IMG/VR virus record: IMGVR_UViG_3300010234_000007
Span: 8,330 to 72,329 of that record
DNA from: a virus
Taxonomy: Duplodnaviria; Caudoviricetes
Direction: 5' to 3' (one strand)
Length of the DNA: 64,000 nt
Numbering within the stretch: position 1 is the stretch's first letter; every line of letters begins with the position of its first letter. Positions 46,396-55,275 of this stretch are shown here, piece by piece. The notes under the pieces are model-generated. The model did not search any database, was not told the DNA's origin, and saw only the letters and a list, made by a program, of their open reading frames with translations. The translations under genes were made by a program, and so were the position numbers.

Positions 46396-47034
46396 TTATG
46401 TTCTCGCTATCCTGACTTGCGCGTTGCGGTAAAAATCATGACGCAGCTTAGCCTTGCCCAACTGCTCCAACCGCAGCATGCCCCGGTTGTATTCTTCGTT
46501 GTACAGGGCAACGAGGTCTGGCTCGCCCTTCATGTACTTGTACCCCTCCACCAGACACGCATTCAGCAACACGGACTCGCAGTTATCGCCTAGCCACGAT
46601 GTGGCGGCGGTTACGATGGTGGTGGGCTTGTAGCCGTATGCGATCTTGGACGCGTATGAGCTGTCCGGCGTCGGACCAACGATAAAAGAGTCTTTATCGA
46701 AGAACGCGTAGTATTTCGGCAGGCCGGTGTTCGTGCTCTCGTTGGGGTACGCTTCGCGAATGAACGACGGGTCTTTCTGGATCAGGTATGACCAGTTGCT
46801 TGAGCCATCCAAGACAGCGACGCCCTGAGGCCACAAGAAATCCGAAGGCAGCGACAGATACGTATTGCCCGAGGTGAATGTTCCGCTTTGGTTCTTTGTC
46901 AGGTCTGGGAACTCAGCATCGTGGTAGATTTTGTCTTCGGCCTGCTTCACGATCACGGGGATGTCGGCCACAAACGTGGTCTCTGTGTTTTCCAGATAGT
47001 TCTGTATTGCGCTGGTCAGTTCCGTGTAATTCAT
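46396..47034 (-). CDS. tail adaptor (tubular protein A-like)
   Basis: MNYTELTSAIQNYLE...GLPKYYA...GPTPD. Confidence 0.75.
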   Translation of the reverse strand: MNYTELTSAIQNYLENTETTFVADIPVIVKQAEDKIYHDAEFPDLTKNQSGTFTSGNTYLSLPSDFLWPQGVAVLDGSSNWSYLIQKDPSFIREAYPNESTNTGLPKYYAFFDKDSFIVGPTPDSSYASKIAYGYKPTTIVTAATSWLGDNCESVLLNACLVEGYKYMKGEPDLVALYNEEYNRGMLRLEQLGKAKLRHDFYRNAQVRIART

Positions 47035-47348
47035 TACGATACCACCACTGTTACAACGCCTAGATACAATGTGATTGCCGGAAGATTACTGCCAACAGGT
47101 GACCAGCTGAACAAACGACGGCTTTCGCCCTGCGCAGTGTCTGGCCGTGGGTTTCGGAGGGCCGTGTTCTCTGTGGAGACGTGGTCCCCCAGTGAGTTCT
47201 GTGGGTGGTCCTCGTCTAAACACACCGGACAGACCAGTAGGCCGTTAGGTGCCCCGTTTTCAATCTCCTCAGACAGGCGATCCAAGTTGTACCGGAAGGA
47301 GCAGCGATCACAGAAGCCGTATGCGCGCTTGCCCCGGGCCCAACTCAT
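47034..47348 (-). CDS. conserved Zn-finger virion-module protein
   Basis: CDRC...VCPVC.D..HPQ. Confidence 0.75.
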   Translation of the reverse strand: MSWARGKRAYGFCDRCSFRYNLDRLSEEIENGAPNGLLVCPVCLDEDHPQNSLGDHVSTENTALRNPRPDTAQGESRRLFSWSPVGSNLPAITLYLGVVTVVVS

Positions 47349-48031
47349 AGTGCACTCACATGTGGACGTAGGAACACCGCAGCGCGATCACGATCCTCGT
47401 CAGCCGCCATCATGTAATCTTCTTCGTACAAGCCCTTCAAGGCCGGGGCTCGTGCGTTGGATTCAGGCGATTTTGCTTTGACCGCCAGATGGTAAGCCAG
47501 CCCGGAAATCAGCGCGGGGAGGAACCGCTCAGGCATGTCCATGGTGTTCGCGCCATTCGTGCCCGTGTCCTCGACCCGCCGGAGACGCCAGTACACGAAG
47601 GTGTAATCGCTGGTGTCGGGCACAGGCCACAGCGTAACGCTTGGCGACGTGGTGCGGCTCACCATCATCTGCAGTGGGCGACCCTGCGTGTTCTTATTCG
47701 TCTGGCTGGCATACTGCGAGAAGGAGATGCGGCGGATGGGATAGTCAGACTGGCTGGTGCCGGTGCCTGACCGTAGTACCGAGTCCACCAGATCGATGGT
47801 CCCACTTGGCAGGTTGTATGATGCCGTGCCAGAGGTGAGGGCTTGGGTGCCCTCTTCCACCGTCCACAGGTTGATGCCGCGGTTCTGCCAATCCAGCATC
47901 ATCAGGTTGATGGAGCGCCGGGCACTGGCGAGATCGTAGCCGCTACGCATCTCTACGCCCGCGCGGTCAGACGCCTCTTCAACGATTTCAGTGATGTCGA
48001 GATTGAAGGCAGACGTGCCGCTTGTGGCCAT
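47345..48031 (-). CDS. head-tail adaptor protein
   Basis: MATSGTSAFNLDITEIVEEA...GYDL..ARRS.N. Confidence 0.8.
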   Translation of the reverse strand: MATSGTSAFNLDITEIVEEASDRAGVEMRSGYDLASARRSINLMMLDWQNRGINLWTVEEGTQALTSGTASYNLPSGTIDLVDSVLRSGTGTSQSDYPIRRISFSQYASQTNKNTQGRPLQMMVSRTTSPSVTLWPVPDTSDYTFVYWRLRRVEDTGTNGANTMDMPERFLPALISGLAYHLAVKAKSPESNARAPALKGLYEEDYMMAADEDRDRAAVFLRPHVSAL

Positions 48032-48183
48032 TAGTGAACCCTTTCCATGGCTTCGTACCAGTCCATCGGATGCCACACATGGCTATGGACGAACTGGGCG
48101 TCTCCTTCTGCGTCTGGTTCACTGAGTAAGTATTCCTCGCAAAAGGAACAGTAAAACCATTCAGCGTCCAGAGCCTGCGCCAT
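48031..48183 (-). CDS. 50-aa Cys/His mini-protein
   Basis: AGGTG SD; FYCSFCEE...HSHVWH; read by hand. Confidence 0.45.
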   Translation of the reverse strand: MAQALDAEWFYCSFCEEYLLSEPDAEGDAQFVHSHVWHPMDWYEAMERVH

Positions 48184-48190
48184 GCATCAC

Positions 48191-48466
48191 CTATTCATAG
48201 AAGATCGTTGCGGAGGTAACGTTCGTGAGGGTGATATACACATCTGTGGCGAAAACGATGCCATCATCGAACATCACAGTGTGTGGGGTTGCGGCTGCGG
48301 GCACAGCAAGGGTGAGTTTCGCTGTCCCGCCAGAGCCACCATCCTTCAGCACCACGGAACCCGCCGTGCCATCGCCGATGAAGTAGACACCGCGCACGCG
48401 GGCGCGGATGTCTACAACTTCTTCACTCGATGTGTGGGTGGAGGCCTTGAGGTCTCGCGTGCTCAT
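48191..48466 (-). CDS. small virion structural protein
   Basis: RVRGVY...VLKDGG...GIVFATDVY. Confidence 0.75.
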   Translation of the reverse strand: MSTRDLKASTHTSSEEVVDIRARVRGVYFIGDGTAGSVVLKDGGSGGTAKLTLAVPAAATPHTVMFDDGIVFATDVYITLTNVTSATIFYE

Positions 48467-48467
48467 A

Positions 48468-48962
48468 CTACGCCTGCTTGTACAGGATAGTCACACGTGC
48501 GGAGCCAGCCGTGGCGTCAGCGACCGACTGGTCATACTGAGCAACAGCGGTAACCGCGGTTCCGCCAACATCGTCCCAGTCCGCAAGCGGCACCGATGCA
48601 GTCGAGGAGCCGACCGTGCGGCCAGCCGAAGACACGTCAACGTTAAGGACGAACTCGTCCACGTCGGTCGAGATGCCGACATCAATCAGATCAGTGCCTG
48701 AGCTGTCAAACGCTGTCAGCACATCCACCCAGACTTCGAGGACCTGAGCGTTGGCAGGCAGCGTGCCCAGCGTGACTGGGGAGCCGTCGTTAGCGAACCC
48801 GACAAGGCCGGTGAGGACCAGCACAGAGCCGGAGCCAGAAAGCGCGCCGGTAGAGGTGACGGTGCCAGTTGCCGTAATGTTCCCGGTAACAGCGACGTTA
48901 CCTGCAGATGTGATGCCCGCCTCGGTCGTGACGATGGGGCCTGAAAAACTAGTCGTACCCAT
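48468..48962 (-). CDS. head-associated structural protein
   Basis: MGTTSFSGPI; CAGGAG SD. Confidence 0.75.
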   Translation of the reverse strand: MGTTSFSGPIVTTEAGITSAGNVAVTGNITATGTVTSTGALSGSGSVLVLTGLVGFANDGSPVTLGTLPANAQVLEVWVDVLTAFDSSGTDLIDVGISTDVDEFVLNVDVSSAGRTVGSSTASVPLADWDDVGGTAVTAVAQYDQSVADATAGSARVTILYKQA

Positions 48963-49052
48963 TTTGTTCTCCTGTGTGGAATGAAAGCCCGATCCGTCTA
49001 CACAGCGTCATCAGGAGAGGTGGGTGCCAGCTCCATCCGTCATCACGGGCAT

Positions 49053-49077
49053 AAAAAAAGCCCCCGAGAGGGAGCTT
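49053..49077 (-). terminator. rho-independent terminator
   Basis: AAGCTCCC-TCTC-GGGGGCTT imperfect stem followed by a T run. Confidence 0.7.
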
Positions 49078-49105
49078 GTGCATTGTCTGTCTATAGCATA
49101 GTTGA

Positions 49106-49321
49106 TCAGAGATGTCTAGGTTTTTTTCGGGCGAAGAATATGGGTCGGTCCTCGGTATCGAGGGCGGTGTACAAATATAAGGTCCCGTTAGGGTGCATCT
49201 CGAAGACGTAGACCAAACCATCTCCTTGAGTCTTGTGGCCAAACACCGTGTGGTCAGCGAACCCGTAGCGTCTCAACCACGCCAACTCGTGCGTAGTATT
49301 CGTCGAAGGCGTCTTGTACAA
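49106..49321 (-). CDS. G-x-L family small protein
   Basis: TTG start after AAGGAGAGG; VFEMHPNGTLYL...IFFARKK. Confidence 0.6.
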   Translation of the reverse strand: MYKTPSTNTTHELAWLRRYGFADHTVFGHKTQGDGLVYVFEMHPNGTLYLYTALDTEDRPIFFARKKPRHL

Positions 49322-49490
49322 TCTCTTGCCTCTCCTTGCCGATCTTCGCTTCGAGCGCCTCAAGATTTTTGTAGCTAATTTCATACTTGCATTCCCCGCA
49401 GTGGAGGTACATGCCGTCAGCGCGAGATTTGTACGTCACATGAATGCCGCACGTGGGGCACACGCCGTTTAGCAGCGTGGCGTGGATCAT
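49254..49490 (-). CDS. Zn-ribbon protein
   Basis: CPTC...CGEC. Confidence 0.6.
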   Translation of the reverse strand: MIHATLLNGVCPTCGIHVTYKSRADGMYLHCGECKYEISYKNLEALEAKIGKERQEIVQDAFDEYYARVGVVETLRVR

Positions 49491-49497
49491 GTGTATC

Positions 49498-49767
49498 TTA
49501 AGTGAAGTAGCGATGGACGAAACTCCTTGATCCCTGAAACCTCTCCACTATACCGTCCTTGAACACAAACAGCTTGCCGTTTTGACGGGTTATCGCGATG
49601 GCAAATTCAACCTCACTATCTTGAAACAGGAGGGCGATATCATCCTTAAACCGCGTGATGGGAGCCTCACCTGCTTTCTCCTTCTTCGCTTCATCACGGC
49701 CATTATGCCATGGGTCGCGGCGCAGATAAACCTCAGAACTAGTCTCGGTTGAAGTATCGGTCGTCAA
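49498..49767 (-). CDS. possible G-x-L family protein, start uncertain
   Basis: IAITRQNGKLFVF...FVHRY; the nearest in-frame start is a TTG. Confidence 0.35.
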   Translation of the reverse strand: MTTDTSTETSSEVYLRRDPWHNGRDEAKKEKAGEAPITRFKDDIALLFQDSEVEFAIAITRQNGKLFVFKDGIVERFQGSRSFVHRYFT

Positions 49768-50065
49768 AGTCAAAGATTGTCCTACCCGTTGATGCGCGTA
49801 ACGCGTTGGGGTCGTCATCGAACGTATGGCCTTCCAGAATGTGGTCTGCGTGGCGTCCCTTGGACGGGCCTCCAGACCAGCGCTTGCGGCGGAACGGCAG
49901 GGCATCGGGGCCCAGTTTCGCCCGTGTGTTCTGTATGATGTATATCCCCTGCTTACCGGGCAGGTCGGGGAACATCTCGGGGCCGGTTTTACCCTGTGCC
50001 CACTGGTCCATTACGTACTTGTCCCGCTCATTGGCGTTGGCGGGGTATTCTGGTGTCTTTGGCAA
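49739..50065 (-). CDS. hypothetical protein (possible HTH)
   Basis: GGGAGGT SD with TTG start. Confidence 0.6.
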   Translation of the reverse strand: MPKTPEYPANANERDKYVMDQWAQGKTGPEMFPDLPGKQGIYIIQNTRAKLGPDALPFRRKRWSGGPSKGRHADHILEGHTFDDDPNALRASTGRTIFDFDDRYFNRD

Positions 50066-50089
50066 GTCATACCTCCCGGTTAAAGGGGT

Positions 50090-50117
50090 ATTCTATACCT
50101 ACCAAGAACAGTGTCAA
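50090..50117 (-). promoter_or_regulatory. sigma70-type promoter
   Basis: TTGACA-16 bp-TAGAAT. Confidence 0.65.
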
Positions 50118-50347
50118 GCCTGCTGATCGCGCCATATCTCCAGCAGCCGCACGTGGGAGCTATTCACTTCCATCACGTCCATGGTGTAGACGCCACGGGT
50201 GTCCCAAGACGACTGTGCGCTGATGAAGTTCTCAGCGAGACCCTGCTCATCGAAGAGGGCGACGACACGCTCGCGCATCATTGCTTCCCCGCCGGGGTTC
50301 TCGTTATAGGCTCGTTGCACAATGAACATTCGCTTCTCCATGATCAA
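50114..50347 (-). CDS. small hypothetical protein
   Basis: Starts directly after a promoter. Confidence 0.6.
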   Translation of the reverse strand: MIMEKRMFIVQRAYNENPGGEAMMRERVVALFDEQGLAENFISAQSSWDTRGVYTMDVMEVNSSHVRLLEIWRDQQA

Positions 50348-50376
50348 ATGTTACATAAAAAGGAAAAGCCTGTCAA
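50348..50376 (-). promoter_or_regulatory. sigma70-type promoter
   Basis: TTGACA-17 bp-TAACAT. Confidence 0.6.
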
Positions 50377-50386
50377 GCGTTGCCGC

Positions 50387-50635
50387 TCACTTTTTTTTGC
50401 GCCCAGCTTTCTTCGTGCGGGGGAACGAGCGGTTCTTGGACGGCTTCTCCATCTTCAGGTTGCTCAGCTTGTTGTTGCTCGTGTTGTTGTCCTTGTGGGC
50501 CACATCCTTGCCGTCACCCACAGACGCCTTGCCAGCCTTGATCATCTTGCGTCGCGCAGTGTTGCGCTGAACGCGCTTCTTGATCTGCGCTGGCTTCTTC
50601 TTGTATTTGTTCTCTTTCTGATAATCACGCGGCAT
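50387..50635 (-). CDS. basic HNH-like protein
   Basis: RVQRNTARR...DVAHKD....N..SNL......NRS. Confidence 0.7.
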   Translation of the reverse strand: MPRDYQKENKYKKKPAQIKKRVQRNTARRKMIKAGKASVGDGKDVAHKDNNTSNNKLSNLKMEKPSKNRSFPRTKKAGRKKK

Positions 50636-51053
50636 CTGTATCGCCTTTCGTCCCTAATTCTTGAACCTTCACGCCAGCTTCATCAAAAAGCCAAACGCTC
50701 GATGTAAAACGCTCAGCTGTTTTTAGATACACCACACGCCTTATACCCGCCTGAATGATGTGCTTCGCGCAGTCCTCGCATGGCTCATGTGTGGCATACA
50801 GAGTACCAGCTGCACATGATCTGCCAGCAAAAAGGATGGCGTTCATCTCGGCGTGGATAACACGTTTGTATTTCTCATCTCGGTTATTCAGCTTCTCGGG
50901 GCTATCAGGTATAGCCTGCGGGAAGCCATTGTATCCCGTGCCTGCAACACGCCCATCAGCGTCCAAGACAAGAGCCCCGACTTTGGTTGATGGGTCTTTG
51001 GATAAACTTGCCGCGGCTTCTGCCATGGCGATATAGGCGTGGTCTTTGTCCAA
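50625..51053 (-). CDS. dCMP deaminase (ComEB-like)
   Basis: SKDPSTKVGA, TGYNG, HAEMNA, PCEDC, IIQAGI. Confidence 0.92.
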   Translation of the reverse strand: MDKDHAYIAMAEAAASLSKDPSTKVGALVLDADGRVAGTGYNGFPQAIPDSPEKLNNRDEKYKRVIHAEMNAILFAGRSCAAGTLYATHEPCEDCAKHIIQAGIRRVVYLKTAERFTSSVWLFDEAGVKVQELGTKGDTDAA

Positions 51054-51054
51054 G

Positions 51055-51309
51055 TTACGACAGGATTTCCAGCTTCGTGGCTTCCAGCATCATCACCACC
51101 TCCGGCACATCTGCACCAGCCACATGCCAATGGTACCTACCGCCATCCTCAGCCTCAACCCGGCAGATAATCACCGCAGAGGAGAGCTTCGAGGTGTCGC
51201 TGGTGGCGAGGAGGTGCCTGAGCAACTCATCTGGAGTCCAGCCCTTAGCGTCCTGTGACCGTTCACTGCGCTCAGCGCCGAGTACTACAACGTTGTCGTC
51301 AGACATCAC
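51055..51309 (-). CDS. conserved hypothetical protein
   Basis: NVVVL N-terminus; MLEATKLEIL. Confidence 0.65.
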   Translation of the reverse strand: MMSDDNVVVLGAERSERSQDAKGWTPDELLRHLLATSDTSKLSSAVIICRVEAEDGGRYHWHVAGADVPEVVMMLEATKLEILS

Positions 51310-51662
51310 TTAGGCTCCGTGTCACAGGGTGGGTACACGGTGTCAAAACCGTCGTCCTCAGGAACGCACTTGGGGTTCCGGCATTGCGTCTTGCCCGGGC
51401 GCACCACTTCCTCCCACTCGTTGCAGCGAGGACAGCGATAACCCACGTGCTCGTTAAACGGGTCCTGCGCCCACTCCGGGGGGCGTTCGTCCTGCTTTGG
51501 CTTGTTATGCCATGGGTACGGGCCCTGCATAGAGATGCGCTCTCCCTCTGTACCTAGCGCCGCGCGGCCTCGCGCGGTGCGTTTACGTAAATCTTCAAAA
51601 ATCTTACGAGAAACTTCCAACTCAGTCACGGTTCGCGTATTTCCATGGGCGAGGTTCATCAC
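51306..51662 (-). CDS. hypothetical protein with Zn ribbon
   Basis: CPRC...CRNPKC. Confidence 0.55.
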   Translation of the reverse strand: MMNLAHGNTRTVTELEVSRKIFEDLRKRTARGRAALGTEGERISMQGPYPWHNKPKQDERPPEWAQDPFNEHVGYRCPRCNEWEEVVRPGKTQCRNPKCVPEDDGFDTVYPPCDTEPK

Positions 51663-51801
51663 CTTGGATATTAGCGGATTTCACTAACACCCAATTCCAC
51701 ACACGGTATAATGAGAACCGATCAGGCAAGATGAGATCATCAAATTCCTGTATGCCCCACCCGATATAATACATCACATAAGCTAAACAGCGACGCAGCA
51801 T
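51622..51801 (-). CDS. small hypothetical protein
   Basis: GGAG SD, MLRRCLAY. Confidence 0.45.
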   Translation of the reverse strand: MLRRCLAYVMYYIGWGIQEFDDLILPDRFSLYRVWNWVLVKSANIQGDEPRPWKYANRD

Positions 51802-51824
51802 ACGTATCTCCAAAACGATGGTAA

Positions 51825-51897
51825 GGGGAGAGCCGAAGCTCCCCCCAAACCTGCCCATCTGTCTTTCCCGAACCTGCACATTGAGCACCGGTTCAGA
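51825..51897 (-). ncRNA. candidate small structured RNA or leader
   Basis: Follows a TTGACA/TAACCT promoter; GAACC/GGTTC stem, then a GC stem with C(UUCG)G loop. Confidence 0.35.
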
Positions 51898-51903
51898 ATG
51901 CTG

Positions 51904-51932
51904 AGGTTATGAGCACCCCAGCTGGTTGTCAA
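51904..51932 (-). promoter_or_regulatory. sigma70-type promoter immediately after the capsid stop
   Basis: TTGACA-17 bp-TAACCT; the -35 overlaps hairpin AAGCGG-TTTT-CCGCTT. Confidence 0.65.
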
Positions 51933-51944
51933 GCGGAAAACCGC

Positions 51945-52850
51945 TTAGCCACCAGACGTGCCGTAGAGACCCAGCGGGTCAGACACGCCAAAGGAATACC
52001 TTTCGCGAGCCTTGTACCGGATATTGCCAGTCTCGAAATCACCGTCCGAAGAGGTTTTCAACGGAACACGGTTGAACATCTTCGCGCCATTCGGCACGTC
52101 GGTCTTCAGGAACCATGCGTCGGTGTCGGTCAGGTAGTTGTTAACACACCAGCCGCCCGGGATAGCCCCGTTCGAGCGCAGTGCGTTGATGTCGTTGTCA
52201 GCGGTACCGACACGGTGCTCTGTCTCCAGAACGCGTGTGGCAACGAACTGCAAGGCAGACGGGATAACCATCTTAACCGGGCGAGCAGCGATCAACAGAC
52301 CGCGTTCGTCCACCCAGTCAGCGATTGCGATAATCGCAGCTTCCAGAGACGTTTCGTTGAGATCGACATCAGTTGCCGGACGGTTTGCGTTCGTACCACC
52401 AGTCCACAGGGGATGGGAAGCACTAAACAGCGCCACGCCGTCGCCGGTCGTGTACGCGGAGAAACCGTCATTGAGAATGGCAGCGGCCTTCACCTGCTTG
52501 GTGTAAGCCATGGCTCGTGCCATTGCCTTCGTGTAACGCGCGGAAAGACTATCGTACAGATTGTCCTCCATGGCCTCTTCCGTGATGGAAAACGCCATGG
52601 CAATGGCCTCGTGCGTGTAGCGCGCGGTCCAGAGTTCCTGAGCATTATCGAACGCAACAGCAGCACCCTCGCCCTTTACAGGCGCGGCACCAAACCCGGC
52701 GAGTTTCACCTCTTCCTCGAACGAACGGTTCGAGTTTTCGGTATCGAAAATCTCCGTGTGCTGGTTCTCGTACTTCTTGTACTCCAACCCAAACAAAGCG
52801 TTAAGGCCGGGGATCAGCTCTTTCAGCAGCTGTGCGCGTGAAATAGCCAT
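51945..52850 (-). CDS. major capsid protein
   Basis: MAISRAQLLKELIPGLNALFGLEY; FEEEV...G..APVK.EG; RYKARERYSFG. Confidence 0.92.
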   Translation of the reverse strand: MAISRAQLLKELIPGLNALFGLEYKKYENQHTEIFDTENSNRSFEEEVKLAGFGAAPVKGEGAAVAFDNAQELWTARYTHEAIAMAFSITEEAMEDNLYDSLSARYTKAMARAMAYTKQVKAAAILNDGFSAYTTGDGVALFSASHPLWTGGTNANRPATDVDLNETSLEAAIIAIADWVDERGLLIAARPVKMVIPSALQFVATRVLETEHRVGTADNDINALRSNGAIPGGWCVNNYLTDTDAWFLKTDVPNGAKMFNRVPLKTSSDGDFETGNIRYKARERYSFGVSDPLGLYGTSGG

Positions 52851-52866
52851 AGGTTACCTCCTATCC

Positions 52867-53442
52867 TTAAACGCCAGTCGCGTTGCCGTATGCGTGGCCT
52901 GCGTTCCACTTCACGATACAGTCGGTGTAAGCATCACCAACCGTCGAGAAAGGACCGTCCACGAAATCGACAAGACGAAGGGGGAGTGTGTTAGTGGTGG
53001 CAGTCGAGTCACCATCCAACGCGACGCCGGAACGACCCAGCGCGGTGTTGGCGGTGCCCTGCACCACTGCGAAATTACTGCCCAGCATTGCTTGGGTGAC
53101 GGCATCGTCAGCCTGAATCTGGAACAGCATGTCGGGGTCATCGACCACATAAGCATACGCATCGGACGCCACCGTGTCGGCGGGCCAGAGGTCGTTATGC
53201 AGCAGATAACCAAGCGACGGGTCGGTATACTCGCAACCGACAAACACACCGATGGGGGTACAGGCGGTCGTGCCTGCGTCCTTCTCGATGGTGCCTGCGG
53301 CAACCAGTTTAACGATGTCTCCCGTCACGATGTTGGTATCGTACCCTGAAGCGATTTTGATCTTGCGGAACGACTGATTGTTGTGTCCACCGCCGATCAG
53401 ATTCAGAGGGCGCATACCATACGGAAGGGCTGTAGTAGCCAT
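52867..53442 (-). CDS. capsid decoration/cement protein
   Basis: PYGMRP..L.GG; GVFVGC.YTDP; DDP..LF.IQAD. Confidence 0.75.
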   Translation of the reverse strand: MATTALPYGMRPLNLIGGGHNNQSFRKIKIASGYDTNIVTGDIVKLVAAGTIEKDAGTTACTPIGVFVGCEYTDPSLGYLLHNDLWPADTVASDAYAYVVDDPDMLFQIQADDAVTQAMLGSNFAVVQGTANTALGRSGVALDGDSTATTNTLPLRLVDFVDGPFSTVGDAYTDCIVKWNAGHAYGNATGV

Positions 53443-53487
53443 TTCTATGCTCCTTGTTAATCCAGCCCTATCTAACTCTCGCCCGAA

Positions 53488-53931
53488 CTACGAGTCGGAT
53501 GGGGCTCGGCCAAATGATTGTCGCGTATGTGTTTCCGGTCTCGAAAGCGGCATACGCGGGTCACTTTCCCTCATTAGGTTTGCTTCCACACTAGCCACCT
53601 GCTGCTGGTTTTTCTGGTCGTAGTATTCACGACGCGATAGGTACACTTCTTCTGGGATACGGCACAGAATAAGGCCACCTACTTCAGCGATGCCGGAGTC
53701 ACCAAGCTGCAGCTCTGGGTATTCCGACAGATCAACCGGCTTGTAGCCTTCACGGGCGCGTTTGCCCATGGATGATTTGTCGGCTTCACCAAGAATGTCC
53801 TTGCGGACCCAGCGATGATGCCAACCGGGTTGGGGTCTAGGGTCTGGAAGCATAGAGGGCGGCGTCCAGCTTTGCGCTCGCATCTCATCGTTTCGGGTGT
53901 CGAGATCACGAGGTGTGCGGTCTTCAGCCAT
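53488..53931 (-). CDS. conserved head-module protein
   Basis: W.PPSMLPDP...GW..RWVR; GGLILCRIP. Confidence 0.75.
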   Translation of the reverse strand: MAEDRTPRDLDTRNDEMRAQSWTPPSMLPDPRPQPGWHHRWVRKDILGEADKSSMGKRAREGYKPVDLSEYPELQLGDSGIAEVGGLILCRIPEEVYLSRREYYDQKNQQQVASVEANLMRESDPRMPLSRPETHTRQSFGRAPSDS

Positions 53932-54946
53932 TTGCTCTCTGCTCCTTCAGCAGTGATTTAGCATAATCCTCATAGGAGATGCTAAGGGAGTCGCACAATT
54001 GCTTTTGCGACTCAGTCAGTTGCACCCGGCGCGGGCCGCGTTTGCCAGAAGAACGGTTGGCTGGCGCGACACGGGAGGTTTTTCGGGTGGGTGCAGTTTC
54101 CCCGAAAAAATCTGGGAATGCCGTCTGCATGGCGTTATCGATGCGTCCGTAGTACGCTTCTGGATCGGCATCGACACTCACACCTTGGTTGTGAAGCCGT
54201 AGGTGTGTTGCGTAGGCAAAATTCGTCATGTCATCGCGACCCGGTGCATTGAACCACTGGTTCTTCTGCAGCCACTTCGCGAGACGTGGGTCTGGAGCCG
54301 GAGGCGCTTGCGGTGCAGGCGCTGCTTGCGGCTGGTTGTTCTGGGTTGGTTCCGTAGGTGTTCTGTACGAAACCATCTCTGCGTTCGCGCGCTGAACATG
54401 CAAATCTGCCAAACGAGACTGCATTTCCACGGTGAGGTCTGTATCGCCCTCCTCCATGGCATCACGCATCTGCTGCTGGGTCAGCTCGATTTCTGACTCG
54501 ATCCGGCCCTTGGAGACCTCGCCGAGTAAGACATCGCCTTCAGCGCGCTCGCGGCGCATGCTTTCCAGTTCAGAATTGACACGCTGCAAATGCGCGACAG
54601 CTTCACGCTGGACGCGCTCGGCCTGATCAGCCCGGCGGCGTTCGTTGTGGTAGTTGCGGTGCGCTTTACGCAGACGCTTCTTGAAGCCAGTCTGACCGGA
54701 TGGGGCGTTCTCGTCGAGATACTGCTCCAGCTCCGCTTCAGACATACCCTGCGTAGCCTGTAGCTCCGCGTCTAGGTCGTCGTCAGATGGCTCACCGTCC
54801 TGTGCATGCTCCCGGTCTTCCGGTGGCATGTCATCGACGATTTCAATTTCAAGCTCGTCATCGTCATCGATGAAGCGTTCGCTTTCATCCTCCTGACGCA
54901 TGACTTTCTCGGCATTCTCTTCGTGTTCAAACGGGCCGCTTGTCAT
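53924..54946 (-). CDS. scaffolding protein
   Basis: Acidic N-terminus, coiled coil, W..KNQWF, LTESQ..L C-terminus; between portal and capsid. Confidence 0.75.
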   Translation of the reverse strand: MTSGPFEHEENAEKVMRQEDESERFIDDDDELEIEIVDDMPPEDREHAQDGEPSDDDLDAELQATQGMSEAELEQYLDENAPSGQTGFKKRLRKAHRNYHNERRRADQAERVQREAVAHLQRVNSELESMRRERAEGDVLLGEVSKGRIESEIELTQQQMRDAMEEGDTDLTVEMQSRLADLHVQRANAEMVSYRTPTEPTQNNQPQAAPAPQAPPAPDPRLAKWLQKNQWFNAPGRDDMTNFAYATHLRLHNQGVSVDADPEAYYGRIDNAMQTAFPDFFGETAPTRKTSRVAPANRSSGKRGPRRVQLTESQKQLCDSLSISYEDYAKSLLKEQRANG

Positions 54947-55275
54947 TTACGTACAATCCCTTCAGGATTTTCAACCACAGCCTGCACGCTGTCGTCATTG
55001 ATGAGACGGTAATGCTCGTCTCCAACGTCAAAACGCACACCTGAATAGGCCTGCATCATGATAAAGTCCCCGACATTGCAGTAGGGACCGTTGGGAAAAC
55101 GGGTCTTATCGGCATATGCATCGCTACCCATCGCCACGACTTCCGCGGTGATAGATGCGAGACTTTCTTTGTGGTGCACATCCTGAGGCAGGATGATGCC
55201 ACCTGCAGTCGTCTCACTTAGCTCAAAAGGCTTCACGAGAAGACGGTAGCCTGTCGGCTTGGGGAGATCAGCCAT
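54943..55275 (-). CDS. GroES-like co-chaperonin
   Basis: PTGYRLLV...TAGGIILP...AEVVAMG..AY..VGD..LINDD. Confidence 0.85.
   Translation of the reverse strand: MADLPKPTGYRLLVKPFELSETTAGGIILPQDVHHKESLASITAEVVAMGSDAYADKTRFPNGPYCNVGDFIMMQAYSGVRFDVGDEHYRLINDDSVQAVVENPEGIVRK

Noticed and set aside
48975-49015. CUGAUGA suggesting a hammerhead ribozyme
   Set aside because: No GAAA core after stem II and no stem I/III arrangement found
51909-52841. 310-aa + strand ORF
   Set aside because: Shadow of the major capsid gene
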